Below, one piece after another: positions 29,117-40,100 of a stretch of 64,000 nt of DNA. Location of the stretch: positions 96,001-160,000 of the forward strand of contig JBNKBE010000011.1 of NCBI GenBank assembly GCA_050287085.1. The letters run 5' to 3'. A program made the translations under genes and the position numbers. The notes beneath the pieces were generated by a model. That model ran no database searches, was not told the DNA's origin, and was given only the letters and a program-made list of their open reading frames with translations. Every line of letters begins with the position of its first letter. Position 1 is the first letter of the stretch. The stretch is from Polyangiaceae bacterium. Lineage in GTDB: Bacteria > Myxococcota_A > Polyangia > Polyangiales > Polyangiaceae.

Positions 29117-30161
29117 GATGATCCCCCTCCTTGCCCACAGCTTTGGATTGCAGGGCCCCGGACCGCAACGACAGCGCCTTGGTCACTCGCCGCGATTCTG
29201 CGATGCTCGGCGATTCTGCGATGCTCGGCGATTCGCGGACGTCAGAAGCGTCCCGCCGGCGCTCTCCGAGCTTCGCAACTTCGCGCTCAAAGAGCTCCCG
29301 CGCAAGCCGAATGCGCGAGGCGATGGTTCCGCGACTCACCCCAAGCGACTGCGCAATCTCTGGGGTGGAGAAGCCTTCCAATTCGAACATCACAAAAGCG
29401 GCGCGCAACTCGAGGCTCATCTTGCCTAGGATGCGGTCCAACACCTCTCGGGCTTCGCGTCGCCGCGCGTGCTCTTCGGGTCCCGCCTCAGCGCACACCG
29501 TGTCGAAGTCATCAGCGAGGAGGGGCGTTTCGGCTCGACGAGCGCCAGCACGTCGCATTTCCGACGCAACCCGAACAACCACAGAGAAGACGTAACTGCG
29601 TTCTTTGCCCAACTCGATACTCGCCATTTTGCGATTGAGGACCAGCCAAACGCGTTGGCAACCGTCATCACAATCCGCCTCGGGTACGCCCAAACGCCGC
29701 AGCGAGCGCCACACGAAATCGAGATGGCCTTCGACCAAAGTGCGCAAGCGCACAGCATCCGACGCGGTCCTTGTTGGTTCGCTCGAAGCTTCGAGCCTAG
29801 GTGTTGCCGACTGGGAAGGGACCTCATGCTCACCCGACTCAAGGGGGGGACGCACCACAGGCAGGTCCGAGGTGCCCCCTGGCACCCCAGTCCAACGGGC
29901 ATCAAAAACCGGCTCGGTCCGCTGCCGGATCTCCGACTGCAAGCTCCAGGCCCCGACTGATTGGACCCCGAGCGGTTCACGCAACGATGACGGACTGGAC
30001 GGCCCCACACCTGCCCCGCCCTGTCGGGCAGAAAGGGCAAACGGCGCTTTGGCGCAGGGCACCCCGCGATGCCCGCCGCCGTCGGACACCACATCCTGGA
30101 CTCGAGCCGCGTTCGGAGACCTCACGCCTTTGCAATGCTTCTTCTTGAATCGAGAGATCAC
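29109..30161 (-). CDS. ECF RNA polymerase sigma-70 factor (module 1)
   Basis: HLDFVWRSLRRLGV..DCDDGCQRVW (region 2), FVMFELEGFSTPEIA..LGVSRGTIASRIRLAR (region 4). True start may be downstream of the GTG at 30161. Confidence 0.9.
   Translation of the reverse strand: MISRFKKKHCKGVRSPNAARVQDVVSDGGGHRGVPCAKAPFALSARQGGAGVGPSSPSSLREPLGVQSVGAWSLQSEIRQRTEPVFDARWTGVPGGTSDLPVVRPPLESGEHEVPSQSATPRLEASSEPTRTASDAVRLRTLVEGHLDFVWRSLRRLGVPEADCDDGCQRVWLVLNRKMASIELGKERSYVFSVVVRVASEMRRAGARRAETPLLADDFDTVCAEAGPEEHARRREAREVLDRILGKMSLELRAAFVMFELEGFSTPEIAQSLGVSRGTIASRIRLARELFEREVAKLGERRRDASDVRESPSIAESPSIAESRRVTKALSLRSGALQSKAVGKEGDHHG
29192..29234. repeat. 18-bp tandem duplication (~2.4 copies) encoding (ESPSIA)n in the ECF C-terminal tail
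   Basis: gcgattctgcgatgctcg repeated. Confidence 0.85.
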
Positions 30162-31321
30162 CTAAAAACCCAGGCATCGGGCATTAGCCCAAGGGACAAA
30201 CCTATCACCAAACCCGCCCGCTGGTCGTACAATTGTCGACTCGCGGTAGTGCCGGACAAGTCCATCGGGCCCTGAACGCCGGTGCGAAACTGCGCAACAA
30301 GGGGAGACCAACGGAACAGAGCCCGACCGGTCAGCTCCCAGTAGCCGAGCCAACTCGTAACATCGCGATCGATCTTAGGAGCGGTAGCTTCGTAGGCACC
30401 GAGATGCGCCGATGCGCACGGCAGCAGATGCAGCCACGGGGCGACTTGATATCCGACAGGACACACGCTCCCGCTGGCCGTCCACCAACGAAACAGCCAC
30501 CGCTCGCCCCCGCTTGCGGTCATCCAATCGTTGGCGAAATCGAAACCAACGCCAAATAGCGCGGCGCCGAAGCCCTGGTCCAAACCACGCACGTCGAGGC
30601 CAAAAGCACCCGCCCAGCTCGGTTCTGGCAGCAACCCCCAGCGGATTGCGACCTCGCCGCTGGGCTGCAATCCCCAGGGAATGGACTTGCCCCGCCGCGA
30701 CGGTGGGGTGACAGGCTGAGCCGCCCCTACTGGTAAGAGCTTAACGGTCGGTCGACCATTATCATCCCAAAGGCGGGCATCGTCGCCGATTGTCGACTCC
30801 TCGAGAGCCGGCGCCGCGGATGGCACAGTCCCAGTCAAGGATTCCAGGTAGATGGATAGGCTCATCATCAGTGCCTGGAGCAGCTCGGCACATTCTGGGC
30901 CGCGCAATTCGCGCATCCAATGACCCCCTGTGCCGATTCCCGAGCCGCGGTGAGCGACCACTAGGCTGCCCGAAAAGAGCGCGTCCGGGCGCTCGAAACG
31001 AAACGCCACGTTGCGCACGGACAGGGGCGTTTTGACAAGCACGTAGCGACTGTAAAGAAGTCGAAATTCGCCGGGGGAAGGGCAGCCTTCGGTACTCGAA
31101 TAATCGAGCCACGTGGGGCCGGAACGTCGCGCAGAAAGCTCGGGCGGCAGGGGCCCAGGGCTTGGCGCGACCGGCTCCGCATCCTGGCCCTCGAGGGCAA
31201 CCCCAGCGGTAGCACCCGCTCCGAATGACGGCGAGGGCACCGCAAACACGAGCAGCAGCCCCCCCACCCACAGCCGCCGTCTGGCCTGTGCGTTCGGTGC
31301 TGTAGTCGGAGCGCGCGACAC
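30158..31321 (-). CDS. Putative outer-membrane protein with N-terminal Cys-pair domain (module 1)
   Basis: Signal peptide, DYSSTEGCPS...RELRGPECAELLQAL domain, Pro-rich linker, amphipathic beta-strand C-terminal half. Confidence 0.6.
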   Translation of the reverse strand: MSRAPTTAPNAQARRRLWVGGLLLVFAVPSPSFGAGATAGVALEGQDAEPVAPSPGPLPPELSARRSGPTWLDYSSTEGCPSPGEFRLLYSRYVLVKTPLSVRNVAFRFERPDALFSGSLVVAHRGSGIGTGGHWMRELRGPECAELLQALMMSLSIYLESLTGTVPSAAPALEESTIGDDARLWDDNGRPTVKLLPVGAAQPVTPPSRRGKSIPWGLQPSGEVAIRWGLLPEPSWAGAFGLDVRGLDQGFGAALFGVGFDFANDWMTASGGERWLFRWWTASGSVCPVGYQVAPWLHLLPCASAHLGAYEATAPKIDRDVTSWLGYWELTGRALFRWSPLVAQFRTGVQGPMDLSGTTASRQLYDQRAGLVIGLSLGLMPDAWVFR

Positions 31322-31547
31322 GCGGCCAAGCTAGCACACGGCCCGGACGCTCGGGATGCGAGGGCTACCGCGCTACCAATGTGTGCCTTCTTGCAACATC
31401 CAGTGTCCACTCCAGGTCCCTAGCACTCCAATTCAAGTGGTATAAGATTCCGCAGCCGTCGCACTGCGTCCGGAAGACCTCGCGCCGAAAGGGCAGAGCC
31501 TGCCGCGACGCGTCGAAGGCGACAGGCAACCTGATAGGGTCCAAGAC

Positions 31548-32543
31548 GTGCCGCATCCAGAGCTGTCCCTCGTACTCCCCGTATACAACGAAGAACCCGT
31601 GATCGCTGAGCTGCGCGCCCGACTGGATGCGTTCCTTGAAACGCTGGGAAGCAGCTACGAAGTCATCTTCGTCGATGATGGCTCCTCGGACCGCTCGCGC
31701 GAGATGTTGCGTGAATTGTGTGAACGCACCCCTGAGTATAAGCTCATCTCGCTGTCGCGCAATTTCGGGCACCAGGCAGCGATCACCGCAGGTCTAGACT
31801 ACGCCACCGGCGATGCCGTGGTGGTTATGGACGCAGACCTGCAGGATCCTCCGGAGGTCGTGAGTGAGATGCTGGCCCAATACCGGGCAGGCTTCGATGT
31901 GGTCTACGGCGTGCGCAAACGCCGCCATGGCGAAAGCCTCTTCAAGCGAGCGACGGCTGCCGCTTTCTATCGCCTGCTGCGGGCCATGGTCGGCGTACCG
32001 ATTCCAGTGGACGCGGGGGACTTCCGCCTGATGAGCCGGCGCGTAGTCCTCGCGATGAGGGCCCTACGAGAAACTCACCGCTTCGTACGTGGGATGGTCA
32101 GCTGGGTCGGCTTTCGACAGACGGCCGTGCTTTATGACCGGCCAGAGCGATTCGCCGGGGAGACCCACTACCCCTTGGGCAAAATGCTCCGCTTCGCGAT
32201 TGACGGCATTACCTCGTTTTCCGTCGTTCCGCTCAAGATGGCGATTTGGCTCGGCGTATTCGCCGGCCTCATGGGCGTCGTGGTCGCCTTGCTCGCTGCC
32301 TACGCTCACTTCTTCACGCAAGCTACGATTCCTGGTTGGACGGGCATCATGGTCGCCGTCTGCCTTTCAGCCAGCGCCCAACTACTCATGACGGGAGTCT
32401 TGGGCAACTACGTGGGCCGCATCTACGAAGAAGTCAAACGGCGTCCGCTCTATCTCGTCGAGGACGAATACAACACGAACGTCAGGCCTGTCACCGATGA
32501 GCCACCCGCGAGTATCCGCACCTTCCCTCATCCCAAGACCTGA
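31548..32543 (+). CDS. Glycosyltransferase family 2 (GtrB/ArnC-like polyprenol-phosphate glycosyltransferase)
   Basis: VLPVYNE, VDDGSSD, SRNFGHQAA, MDADLQDPP, GDFRLM, two C-terminal TMs, EEVKRRP. Confidence 0.94.
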   Translation: MPHPELSLVLPVYNEEPVIAELRARLDAFLETLGSSYEVIFVDDGSSDRSREMLRELCERTPEYKLISLSRNFGHQAAITAGLDYATGDAVVVMDADLQDPPEVVSEMLAQYRAGFDVVYGVRKRRHGESLFKRATAAAFYRLLRAMVGVPIPVDAGDFRLMSRRVVLAMRALRETHRFVRGMVSWVGFRQTAVLYDRPERFAGETHYPLGKMLRFAIDGITSFSVVPLKMAIWLGVFAGLMGVVVALLAAYAHFFTQATIPGWTGIMVAVCLSASAQLLMTGVLGNYVGRIYEEVKRRPLYLVEDEYNTNVRPVTDEPPASIRTFPHPKT

Positions 32544-32617
32544 GCTCACGCGAGCCACAAGCGCCGCGAGCGCCACCCCCAATGCCGCGGCATGCGCCGG
32601 CCCGGCCACGAAGGCCC

Positions 32618-33580
32618 TCAAGCTAGTTGCGTGGTGTTGAACCCCAGTGCCCGGTCCTCCGGTGGAGTCCAATCAAGCTCCGGGCCCCGCGCCACGATAC
32701 CGTATGGATTCAAGCTCTCGTGAGAACCGTAGTAGTGCTTGCGAATGTGTTCAAAATCGGTCGTTTCGCGAACACATGGTAGGGCATACAACTCGCGTGT
32801 ATAGGCCCACAACGCGGGATAATCCACGAGTCGCTTAACGTTGCATTTGAAGTGCGTATGGTAGACATGGTCGAAGCGCAACAGAGTGGGTAGCAATCGG
32901 ATATCTGCCTCTGTGATCGCATTGCCCACCAGAAAACGCCGCTGCGCAACCATGTTTTCCAAGCGGTCTAGCGCGGTAAAAAGACGCTCGATCGCGACGT
33001 CGTATGCATGCTGAGAGCGAGCAAAACCAGCGCGGTACACGCCGTCGTTCACGTCGTTGTACACCCAGTCGTTCAGTGCGTCGATCTGAGACCGAAGTGG
33101 AGCTGGATACAAGTCCTGGGGATGTCTTGCCAAGGGCTGAAAGGCCTCGTTCAGCATCCGAATGATCTCGGAGGACTCATTGTTGACGATGCGCCCCCCC
33201 AACTTGTCCCAAAGGACCGGCACCGTTACGGCCCCCGCGTACCCAGGCATCGTCTGTTCGTAGGCCTCCCGCAGCAGTGAGAAGCCGTTCACCCGATCCC
33301 CCGTGGCCCCGGGGTTCTTTGTGTCGAAGGTCCACCCTTCGGGCCCCAGATGGTGGTCGACGACGTCGACGGAGATGTGATCCGCAAGCCCCTTGAGGTG
33401 CCGGGTAATGAGGACGCGATGAGCCCAAGGACATGCCAGCGAGACGTAGACGTGGTAACGCCCGGACTCGACGGGAAAGTCCGCGTGCCCGACCACGCCG
33501 TGGAATGTGGTCGCTCGCCGCGCAAACTCACCCTCTTCGGTGACTTGCTTCTCCCAAGTGCGTTCCAACGGGTCGCCCAT
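32618..33580 (-). CDS. Glutathionyl-hydroquinone reductase (YqjG/ECM4-like GST)
   Basis: YVSLACPWAHR, TVPVLWD, IVNNESSEIIRM, GVYRAGFA, HFKCN, HIRKHYYGSH. Confidence 0.94.
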   Translation of the reverse strand: MGDPLERTWEKQVTEEGEFARRATTFHGVVGHADFPVESGRYHVYVSLACPWAHRVLITRHLKGLADHISVDVVDHHLGPEGWTFDTKNPGATGDRVNGFSLLREAYEQTMPGYAGAVTVPVLWDKLGGRIVNNESSEIIRMLNEAFQPLARHPQDLYPAPLRSQIDALNDWVYNDVNDGVYRAGFARSQHAYDVAIERLFTALDRLENMVAQRRFLVGNAITEADIRLLPTLLRFDHVYHTHFKCNVKRLVDYPALWAYTRELYALPCVRETTDFEHIRKHYYGSHESLNPYGIVARGPELDWTPPEDRALGFNTTQLA

Positions 33581-33943
33581 GGTGGGTGAATATGGCGCAG
33601 TAGCCCCAGGACACCAGTGATTTCCCTCGTCTATTGCGCTCCGTGGCCTACTGCGAAAGCGCCCCTTGACATGAGCGAGAAGTGCACCACAGACCAAGCG
33701 CGCGACGCGTCGGCGGGCCCCGGAAGACGGGTCGCGCCGGATTACCCAGATTGGGGCGGCCCATCGCGAGAAGCCCGACTGGGTCGCATAATTGTGGCAA
33801 GCATGGAAGCGGCGTATCGAACTTGGATCGCGACAACCCTCGGGGAGAGCCCGCGAATTCGAGGAACAATCTCACCGGAGCACAAGCGCTTGCGGTGCGG
33901 AGAGGCACCAGGCAGACTCGACTTCGTGTCTCCATCGGCTCGC

Positions 33944-35386
33944 GTGCGCTTGCACTTCGCCTCACTCCTCTCCACTTCGCTGTCCGCAGCAGGCAGCCGA
34001 TTGCGCTCACGCGCACTCGCAGCAGGTGTCGGTTTGGCCTGCACGCTCGCCGTGGCGCCGGCACTAGCTCTGAGCCGAGGGGCCCCGTTCTCCGGCTGCA
34101 CCGGATGTCACGGTGCCAACGGCGACTCCGACGTCGAGCTCACTGCCGATGGCCCGATCGAGCCCGGACAGACCACCGCTTTCTCCCTTCGCATTTCGGC
34201 CGCCACAATCCGCTCGGCGGGCTTCATGGCGACCACGGACGGGGTCGGAACGCTCATTCCAGGTGCGAGCTCACAACTCTCAGCGGCCGACCTCACCCAC
34301 ACGTCACCCGCCCAGGCGAACGGAGGCAGCGCGGAGTTCCACTTTAGCTGGACCGCGCCCCCCGAACCGGGGGGGGTGGACATCTGGATCTACTCGCTAG
34401 CGACCAACGGCGACGGAAGGACGTCGGGCGATATCTCCGGCGCGACGAAGTTTAGCTTCGCCTACGGCTGTGATGGCATCACGCTGTATCGAGACTCAGA
34501 TCGGGACGGTGTTGGTAGCGAGGATTCGACCTCGCTAGGATGCGACGCCCGAGACGGATGGGCGACAAGCGCTGGCGACTGCAACGAAAACAACCCCAAT
34601 GTCTATCCCGGTGCCGTGGAGCACTGCGACGAACGCGATAATGACTGCGACGGAGAGATAGACGAGGACATCGTTCCTGTCCCGCTCTACGTCGACGAGG
34701 ACGGCGACGGATACGGGGATCCCGCAATTGCCCCCATCATGGGGTGCGACGAAGAGCCCGGCTTCGCTACCACCAACGACGACTGCAACGACTCCGACGC
34801 CAACACCCACCCAGACGCGCTTGAAACCTGTGACGGGCGTGACAACAACTGTGACGGCCGCGTTGACGAAGGAGCCCGTACACGCTGCGGCGTTGGCTGG
34901 TGTGAACGCGAAGCAACTTCCTGTTTTAGTGACGAATGCTATCCAGGCGAGCCGACCGAAGAAAGGTGCAATGGGCTCGATGACAACTGCGATGGCGTTG
35001 TCGATAACGACGCCACCTGCGGCAACGGCGAAGCCTGCTACCAAGGTGCATGCATTCCAAGCGAGGACGTCGCCATCATTGAAGGGATGCCGGATGGGAT
35101 GTCCCCCGTGGGCGGCAGTGGGAATGCTCCGGCGGCGACGGCGGGCGCCAACAACGCCGGCAGTGGCCTCGCCCCGACGACTGAGCCACAAGCCACGAAC
35201 GGCGGAGCGCCCAACGCCGGTCCCCAGATGGCAGCGGCAGGAAGTTCCCCCACGAGCTCATGCGCGGTAACCTCGGCTCGCGCCGCGACGGGAGCCCACT
35301 GGCTGCTTGCAGCCGCCGCATTGCTTCTGTGCCGACGAGGTCGGTCCCGCCCAAGCGTGGCCCGCGGGACGCGCGCCCGCCAGTAG
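33944..35386 (+). CDS. Surface protein with CxxCH motif, Reeler-like domain, putative metal-binding (MopE-like) repeats and MYXO-CTERM-like tail
   Basis: GCTGCHG; FSWTAP; repeated YxDxDxDGxG and DCND...P.A.E.CDG.DNNCDG.VDE; SSCAV...TM...RRGR tail. Start is a guess (ORF open from 33617). Confidence 0.8.
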   Translation: MRLHFASLLSTSLSAAGSRLRSRALAAGVGLACTLAVAPALALSRGAPFSGCTGCHGANGDSDVELTADGPIEPGQTTAFSLRISAATIRSAGFMATTDGVGTLIPGASSQLSAADLTHTSPAQANGGSAEFHFSWTAPPEPGGVDIWIYSLATNGDGRTSGDISGATKFSFAYGCDGITLYRDSDRDGVGSEDSTSLGCDARDGWATSAGDCNENNPNVYPGAVEHCDERDNDCDGEIDEDIVPVPLYVDEDGDGYGDPAIAPIMGCDEEPGFATTNDDCNDSDANTHPDALETCDGRDNNCDGRVDEGARTRCGVGWCEREATSCFSDECYPGEPTEERCNGLDDNCDGVVDNDATCGNGEACYQGACIPSEDVAIIEGMPDGMSPVGGSGNAPAATAGANNAGSGLAPTTEPQATNGGAPNAGPQMAAAGSSPTSSCAVTSARAATGAHWLLAAAALLLCRRGRSRPSVARGTRARQ

Positions 35387-35481
35387 CGGCCCCGATATCG
35401 TCACAGAACGCTCGGGCTCACCCAGTTGAGTCGAGCCCGGAAGCTGCGCGTTGGTCTGAACCGTGGTACGTTCGTGACTCG

Positions 35482-36417
35482 ATGTCGCGTCCAATCCAAG
35501 CTCCGCTCCAGTCCAACGTTGCGTCACGACCGTCAATTCTAGCAAGACGAAGCCGCGCGCTAGAAATCCAACCTTGGCTTCGAGCTAGCGTCGGCGCCCT
35601 TGGGCTGGCGTGCTCGGTGTGGGGTTGTTCCACCGCAGAGCTGGCGAAAAGCAGCACGCAGGCGCAGCTCAATGACGCAAACGCCCCCTCGAGCCGCCCA
35701 GACGGAAGCGCGCAGCTCGCCGATACCCGGGACGAGTCGGCGACGTCAGAAGACCCGTCGAAGCCCCCCGTGGGAGGAGCCATTAAGGACGCAGACACCC
35801 CACGCGCGACGGACCCTGCGAAGATTCGCGACGGCGCCGCAAGCGCACCGCGAGACAGCGGCGCCGTCACGCCCGCAGATGCGAGCAATACGGGAAACAA
35901 CGACGCTGGTAGCAGCTGCGAAAACGTAGCCTGTCTCCGCGCGTTCGAGTGTGCGGAAGCATGTGGGGGTGAGGTCTTGTACAGCGGTTGTTGTGCCTGT
36001 GAGGCCCCCTTGATCGACATCGCATCGGAATGTCCCAAGCCCGAAAACGAGGTAGCTTGCGGCGCACGTGCAGGAAACACTTGTGCAGAGGACGAATACT
36101 GCGCCTACGAGGAAGGTCAATACTGCGGGGCGGCTGACGCAAGCGCCCTATGCAAGCCCCGCCCGTTCGCGTGCACGCGTGAGCTACAGCCGGTTTGTGG
36201 GTGTGACGGTAAGAACTACAACAATCGCTGTGAAGCCGCTAGCCACGGAACCGGCGTCCTGCATTCTGGCGATTGCGTGCAGAACAATGACTGCGGTCTC
36301 CGCGAGTGTTTGCGCAACGTTCGCTGCGCAGCTGACTGCGGTGGCGACATCGTCCAGGAGGGCTGTTGCCCCTGTCCCGATGGTACGATCGACGTAGACG
36401 TGATGTGTAGGAACTGA
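35482..36417 (+). CDS. Cys-rich lipoprotein with Kazal-type domain
   Basis: Lipobox-like VWGC, ACTRELQPVCGCDGKNYNNRCEA Kazal signature, two flanking copies of a C..CLR...CA..CGG.....GCC.C module. Confidence 0.8.
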   Translation: MSRPIQAPLQSNVASRPSILARRSRALEIQPWLRASVGALGLACSVWGCSTAELAKSSTQAQLNDANAPSSRPDGSAQLADTRDESATSEDPSKPPVGGAIKDADTPRATDPAKIRDGAASAPRDSGAVTPADASNTGNNDAGSSCENVACLRAFECAEACGGEVLYSGCCACEAPLIDIASECPKPENEVACGARAGNTCAEDEYCAYEEGQYCGAADASALCKPRPFACTRELQPVCGCDGKNYNNRCEAASHGTGVLHSGDCVQNNDCGLRECLRNVRCAADCGGDIVQEGCCPCPDGTIDVDVMCRN

Positions 36418-36497
36418 GCCCCCACTGCAGGCCGCCGGTAGCCGCCGTGCACGCCTCCAACGGACCCGCTCGCCGCAGGTGGAGGACTCTCAGCTTC

Positions 36498-36815
36498 CTA
36501 CGCGCGGCCGCGACGTGACCAACGCCGTAGCGCGCTGCTCCTCCACAAAAACTCCCAGGGCAGAAGCGAGGCAAATACCGGCACCATCGCGGGAAACCCC
36601 ACGCCCAACGTGAGGTAGATACCGAACTGCAACGCGGATAGGCCGCCGCCGATGAACAGAGTCCAGCGGCCTCCCAGCATCATCAATAGCGCCAGGAGTT
36701 CTAGTACCAGCGCCCCAAGGGCCATGCCCTGACACAAGAGCGGAAACCGAGCAAAGAAGAGTCCCAGCTCCGTCACCGGTGAGGGCGTGAAGTGATCGGG
36801 CATGATTTGGACTAC
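36498..36815 (-). pseudogene. C-terminal fragment of an HTTM-like membrane protein
   Basis: FARFPLLCQGMALGALVLEL...LQFGIYLTLGVGF matches the HTTM-like C-terminal pattern. An in-frame stop lies 16 codons upstream of the ATG at 36803, and no N-terminal half is evident. Confidence 0.45.
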
Positions 36816-37126
36816 CGAATGAGGCGGCCGATGACGTTCTTGAGGCGTTCAGCCGCGCCGTAGAACTCCGCCAGCTCGGTGGGCTTGCCGCGGAGTCCGG
36901 CATCGGTTTCGATCGCTGCCGCGGCCTCGCAGAGAGCGCAATGGCGTAAAACCGGCTGACCTCGAAGGCCACCCTTGTGCTGGCCGGGGGTAGGCTCGGC
37001 GGCGCTCGGCTCCGAATCTGTGCATGCCAGCCCCAAGCCCGAAAGCACCTTGTTGCCGACGAACTGGCAAAGCCCGGTGGGGTAGTTCCGGACCGACTGT
37101 CAATCAAGGTTGCACTCGAAACGACA

Positions 37127-40100
37127 CTATGCAGTGCCGACCGCAGGAAGCGCCTTGGGCATAGCCGCTTCCACGCTGAGGCTCTCCTCCCCTTCGCGCT
37201 CAGCAGGCTCTCGTGCCGCCTCTCGCAGTAGGGTCACGAGCCGCGGCACGTTGGTGGCCGCGGCAGAAGCCCCCACGACAGTGGCCCACCCGAACGGGCC
37301 GAGCGGGCGACAACCGAAGAAGTGTGACAGTCCGGGAGTCTGAATGATTGCAGCGAGCACTGCCGCCGACCCGATGCCGGTCCACCGCACCGTGGCGTCG
37401 CCGTGACCGGCAGACAAGGTCTGGCTTAACTGGGTACCAACGAGAGAGGCCAGCGCGACTGTGCTCGCACGCGCCCGCGTGCCGGTAAATCGCGCAATCG
37501 TCCAGGCGCCAGCCGCCCCGAGCCCCGTGAGCCCTGCTCTCAATGCAATGTCACGATTGAGAGGTTGCCCGAGAGACGCCTCCGGTCCCTCCTTGGCCAA
37601 CGCGTCCAAGGTTTCCTCCGACGGTGGACGAATTGCAATCGCCATTGCCGGCGCCACGTCTGTCAGCAGGTTAACAAGCAGCAGCTGTCGCGCGTTCAGA
37701 GGCGGCCGGCCGCTAATAACTCCCACGGCGGTCGTGAAGCCGATCTCCCCGAGGTTGCCCCCCATCAAGATGGAAACCGCATCGCGCACGGACGACCACA
37801 TCGCACGGCCCTCGGCCACCGCGCGCAGGAGGGTCTCTATTCGCCCGTCGGTCAACACGATGTCCGCGGCTCCCCGGGCTGCCGCGGTGCTGTTTTCACC
37901 GATGGCCACCCCAACGTCGGACAGTCGAATTGCCGGAGCATCGTTTGCGCCGTCGCCCAGCATCGCGACTACGCGCCCGGCTCGCTGCAATGCACGTACG
38001 ATTCGCACCTTCTGTGCTGGAGTTACTCGAGCAAAAACAGCGATCCGCGGCAGGGCCAAATCAAGAGCCACGTCGTCCATGGCGGCCAGCTGTACGCCCG
38101 TTAGCACCTCGGCACCGCGCAGCAAGCCAAGCTCCGTCGCAATGGCCTCAGCCGTGCTCGGATGGTCGCCCGTGATCATCACAGCTCCGACGCCGGCCTT
38201 CGCCAGATCTTGTAGTGCCTGGCGCGCAGTGGGCCGCACAGGATCTGTGAACGCCAAGAAGCCACAGAATGCGAGTCGCTCCAGCGACTCCGGTCCCTCG
38301 GGGGTCTGTTCGGTGTCGATCACGCGCTCGGCAACCGCCAAGACACGCAACCCGCGCCGTGCAATCCGTGTTGCTTGCACAGCCAAGCTATAGCGCTCGT
38401 CGGACCCCAGCTGGCGCTCACTCTTGCCACGTCTCCAGCTCGAGCACATCGGCAAGACAACCTCCGGTGCTCCTTTGACGCTCAGTACGCCACCGTCAGC
38501 AGAATTGCCAAAGGTTGCGTGATAGCCCCGCCCTGATTCGAAGGATAACTCGCTCCTGCGTCGCCACTCGGGGCACCCGAAGTCGGCATCGAGTCGCGCG
38601 CGCGCAGCGGCACGGTACAGCGCCACGTCCGTGGGATCGACCGCAACGCCTTCGCTAGGTCCGCTGGCTCTGAGCGCCGCTGCCAACGCGTCCCGCCGGG
38701 CCCGGCTGACGTCCTCCACGAACTCGTGCAGCTCACCATCGCTGACGGAACTCAGTTCGATGCGTCCCTCCGTCAACGTACCGGTCTTGTCGACGCAGAT
38801 CGTGTCAACGCGCCCCAGCGCTTCGATACTCCGGCTGTTTCGCACTAGCGCGCCGCGCTGCGAAAGACGCTCTGCTGCGGCGAGTTGGGCTGCCGTGGCG
38901 AGCAGCGGGAGCCCTTCGGGCACCGACGCAACCGCCAAACTCACCGCGCTGCCAACCAACTCGTCGAGGCGTCGACCGCGAAGCAGTCCCCCCCCAACAA
39001 CGCCAACCCCAGCGGCCAGGGCGATGGGGCCCGTCAAGTCCATCAGCGAACGCAGACGTCGCTCAACCCCGCCCTGAGCGCGTCCCGCCTTGGCCACACT
39101 CGCACCACGCCGAACCTCCATGTTCTCGCCCAGCGCAACGACCACGGCCACGGCTCGGCCAGCCGCGATGCTCGTCCCCGCGTAGAGCATCGAGCTTCGA
39201 TCGGCGATACTATCCTCAAAGGAGGCGTGCTCGCCCTTCGACACGGGCAAAGACTCCCCCGTCAGCGTCGAAGCATCGACCTCCAGCGATTCGCCGGAGA
39301 TGATCCGGCAATCCGCCGGTACTACGTCGCCCGTTGCCAGAACGACCACGTCCCCCAGCACGAGGTCCGTCGCCATGACCTGGTAGTCAAAACCACCTCG
39401 ACGCACCCGTGCGACGGGCGTGACGGCCTCTGTCAGCTCCCGAATTTTGCGCTCCGTCCGATAGCGCTGAGTGCCGCCCACCAGCGCATTGACGACCACA
39501 ACCCCTGCCACCATGGCGGCATCCCCGACCGACCCCACCACCGCGGACAAGCCTGCCCCCACGGCCAAGAGCGGAGCGAACGGGCTAAACAGCTCGTCGG
39601 AAACCGCCTCCGTCAGCTGGGCAAGTTCATTGCTTCGTACAACCCCCGACTCGCTACGCCTGACGATTTCTTCGCGGCCAAGTCCATCGCGAGATGTGCC
39701 AAGGCGCGCGAGAACACCCTCTACCTCCAGGGCGTGCCACGGCGTCGGATCCCATGGCGCGGGAAGCTGCAACCGGCGTAGTTCCGTGGAGGAACGAAAG
39801 CCGTTCGCCATCGAGATGAGACTTGCAGAGTTTACGACGAAGAGCACCCGGCGGGTGGTCATCTTCAGCAAGCCGCCAGCGGAGACCAAGGCACCCACGC
39901 TGGCCGCCGATAGAGCAATGTTGACGGCCTGCTTGCTCAGCTCGCGGGCCTGCTTGCAAGCGTGGATCAGAAATCGAACGTCACCTAGGTCGCGACGGCA
40001 GATGATATGCGCTCCCCAGGGAGTGGGCTCGCCTTCTCGAACAATGCCAATGCCGCAGTCGGCGAGCGGCAAGCCAATCGAATCTCCGGTCGCAACGACC

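Noticed and set aside
31420..31446. CIRCE (HrcA) element upstream of the GT2 gene
   Set aside because: Only the left arm (cTAGCACTC) matches; no GAGTGCTAA follows at 9-nt spacing.
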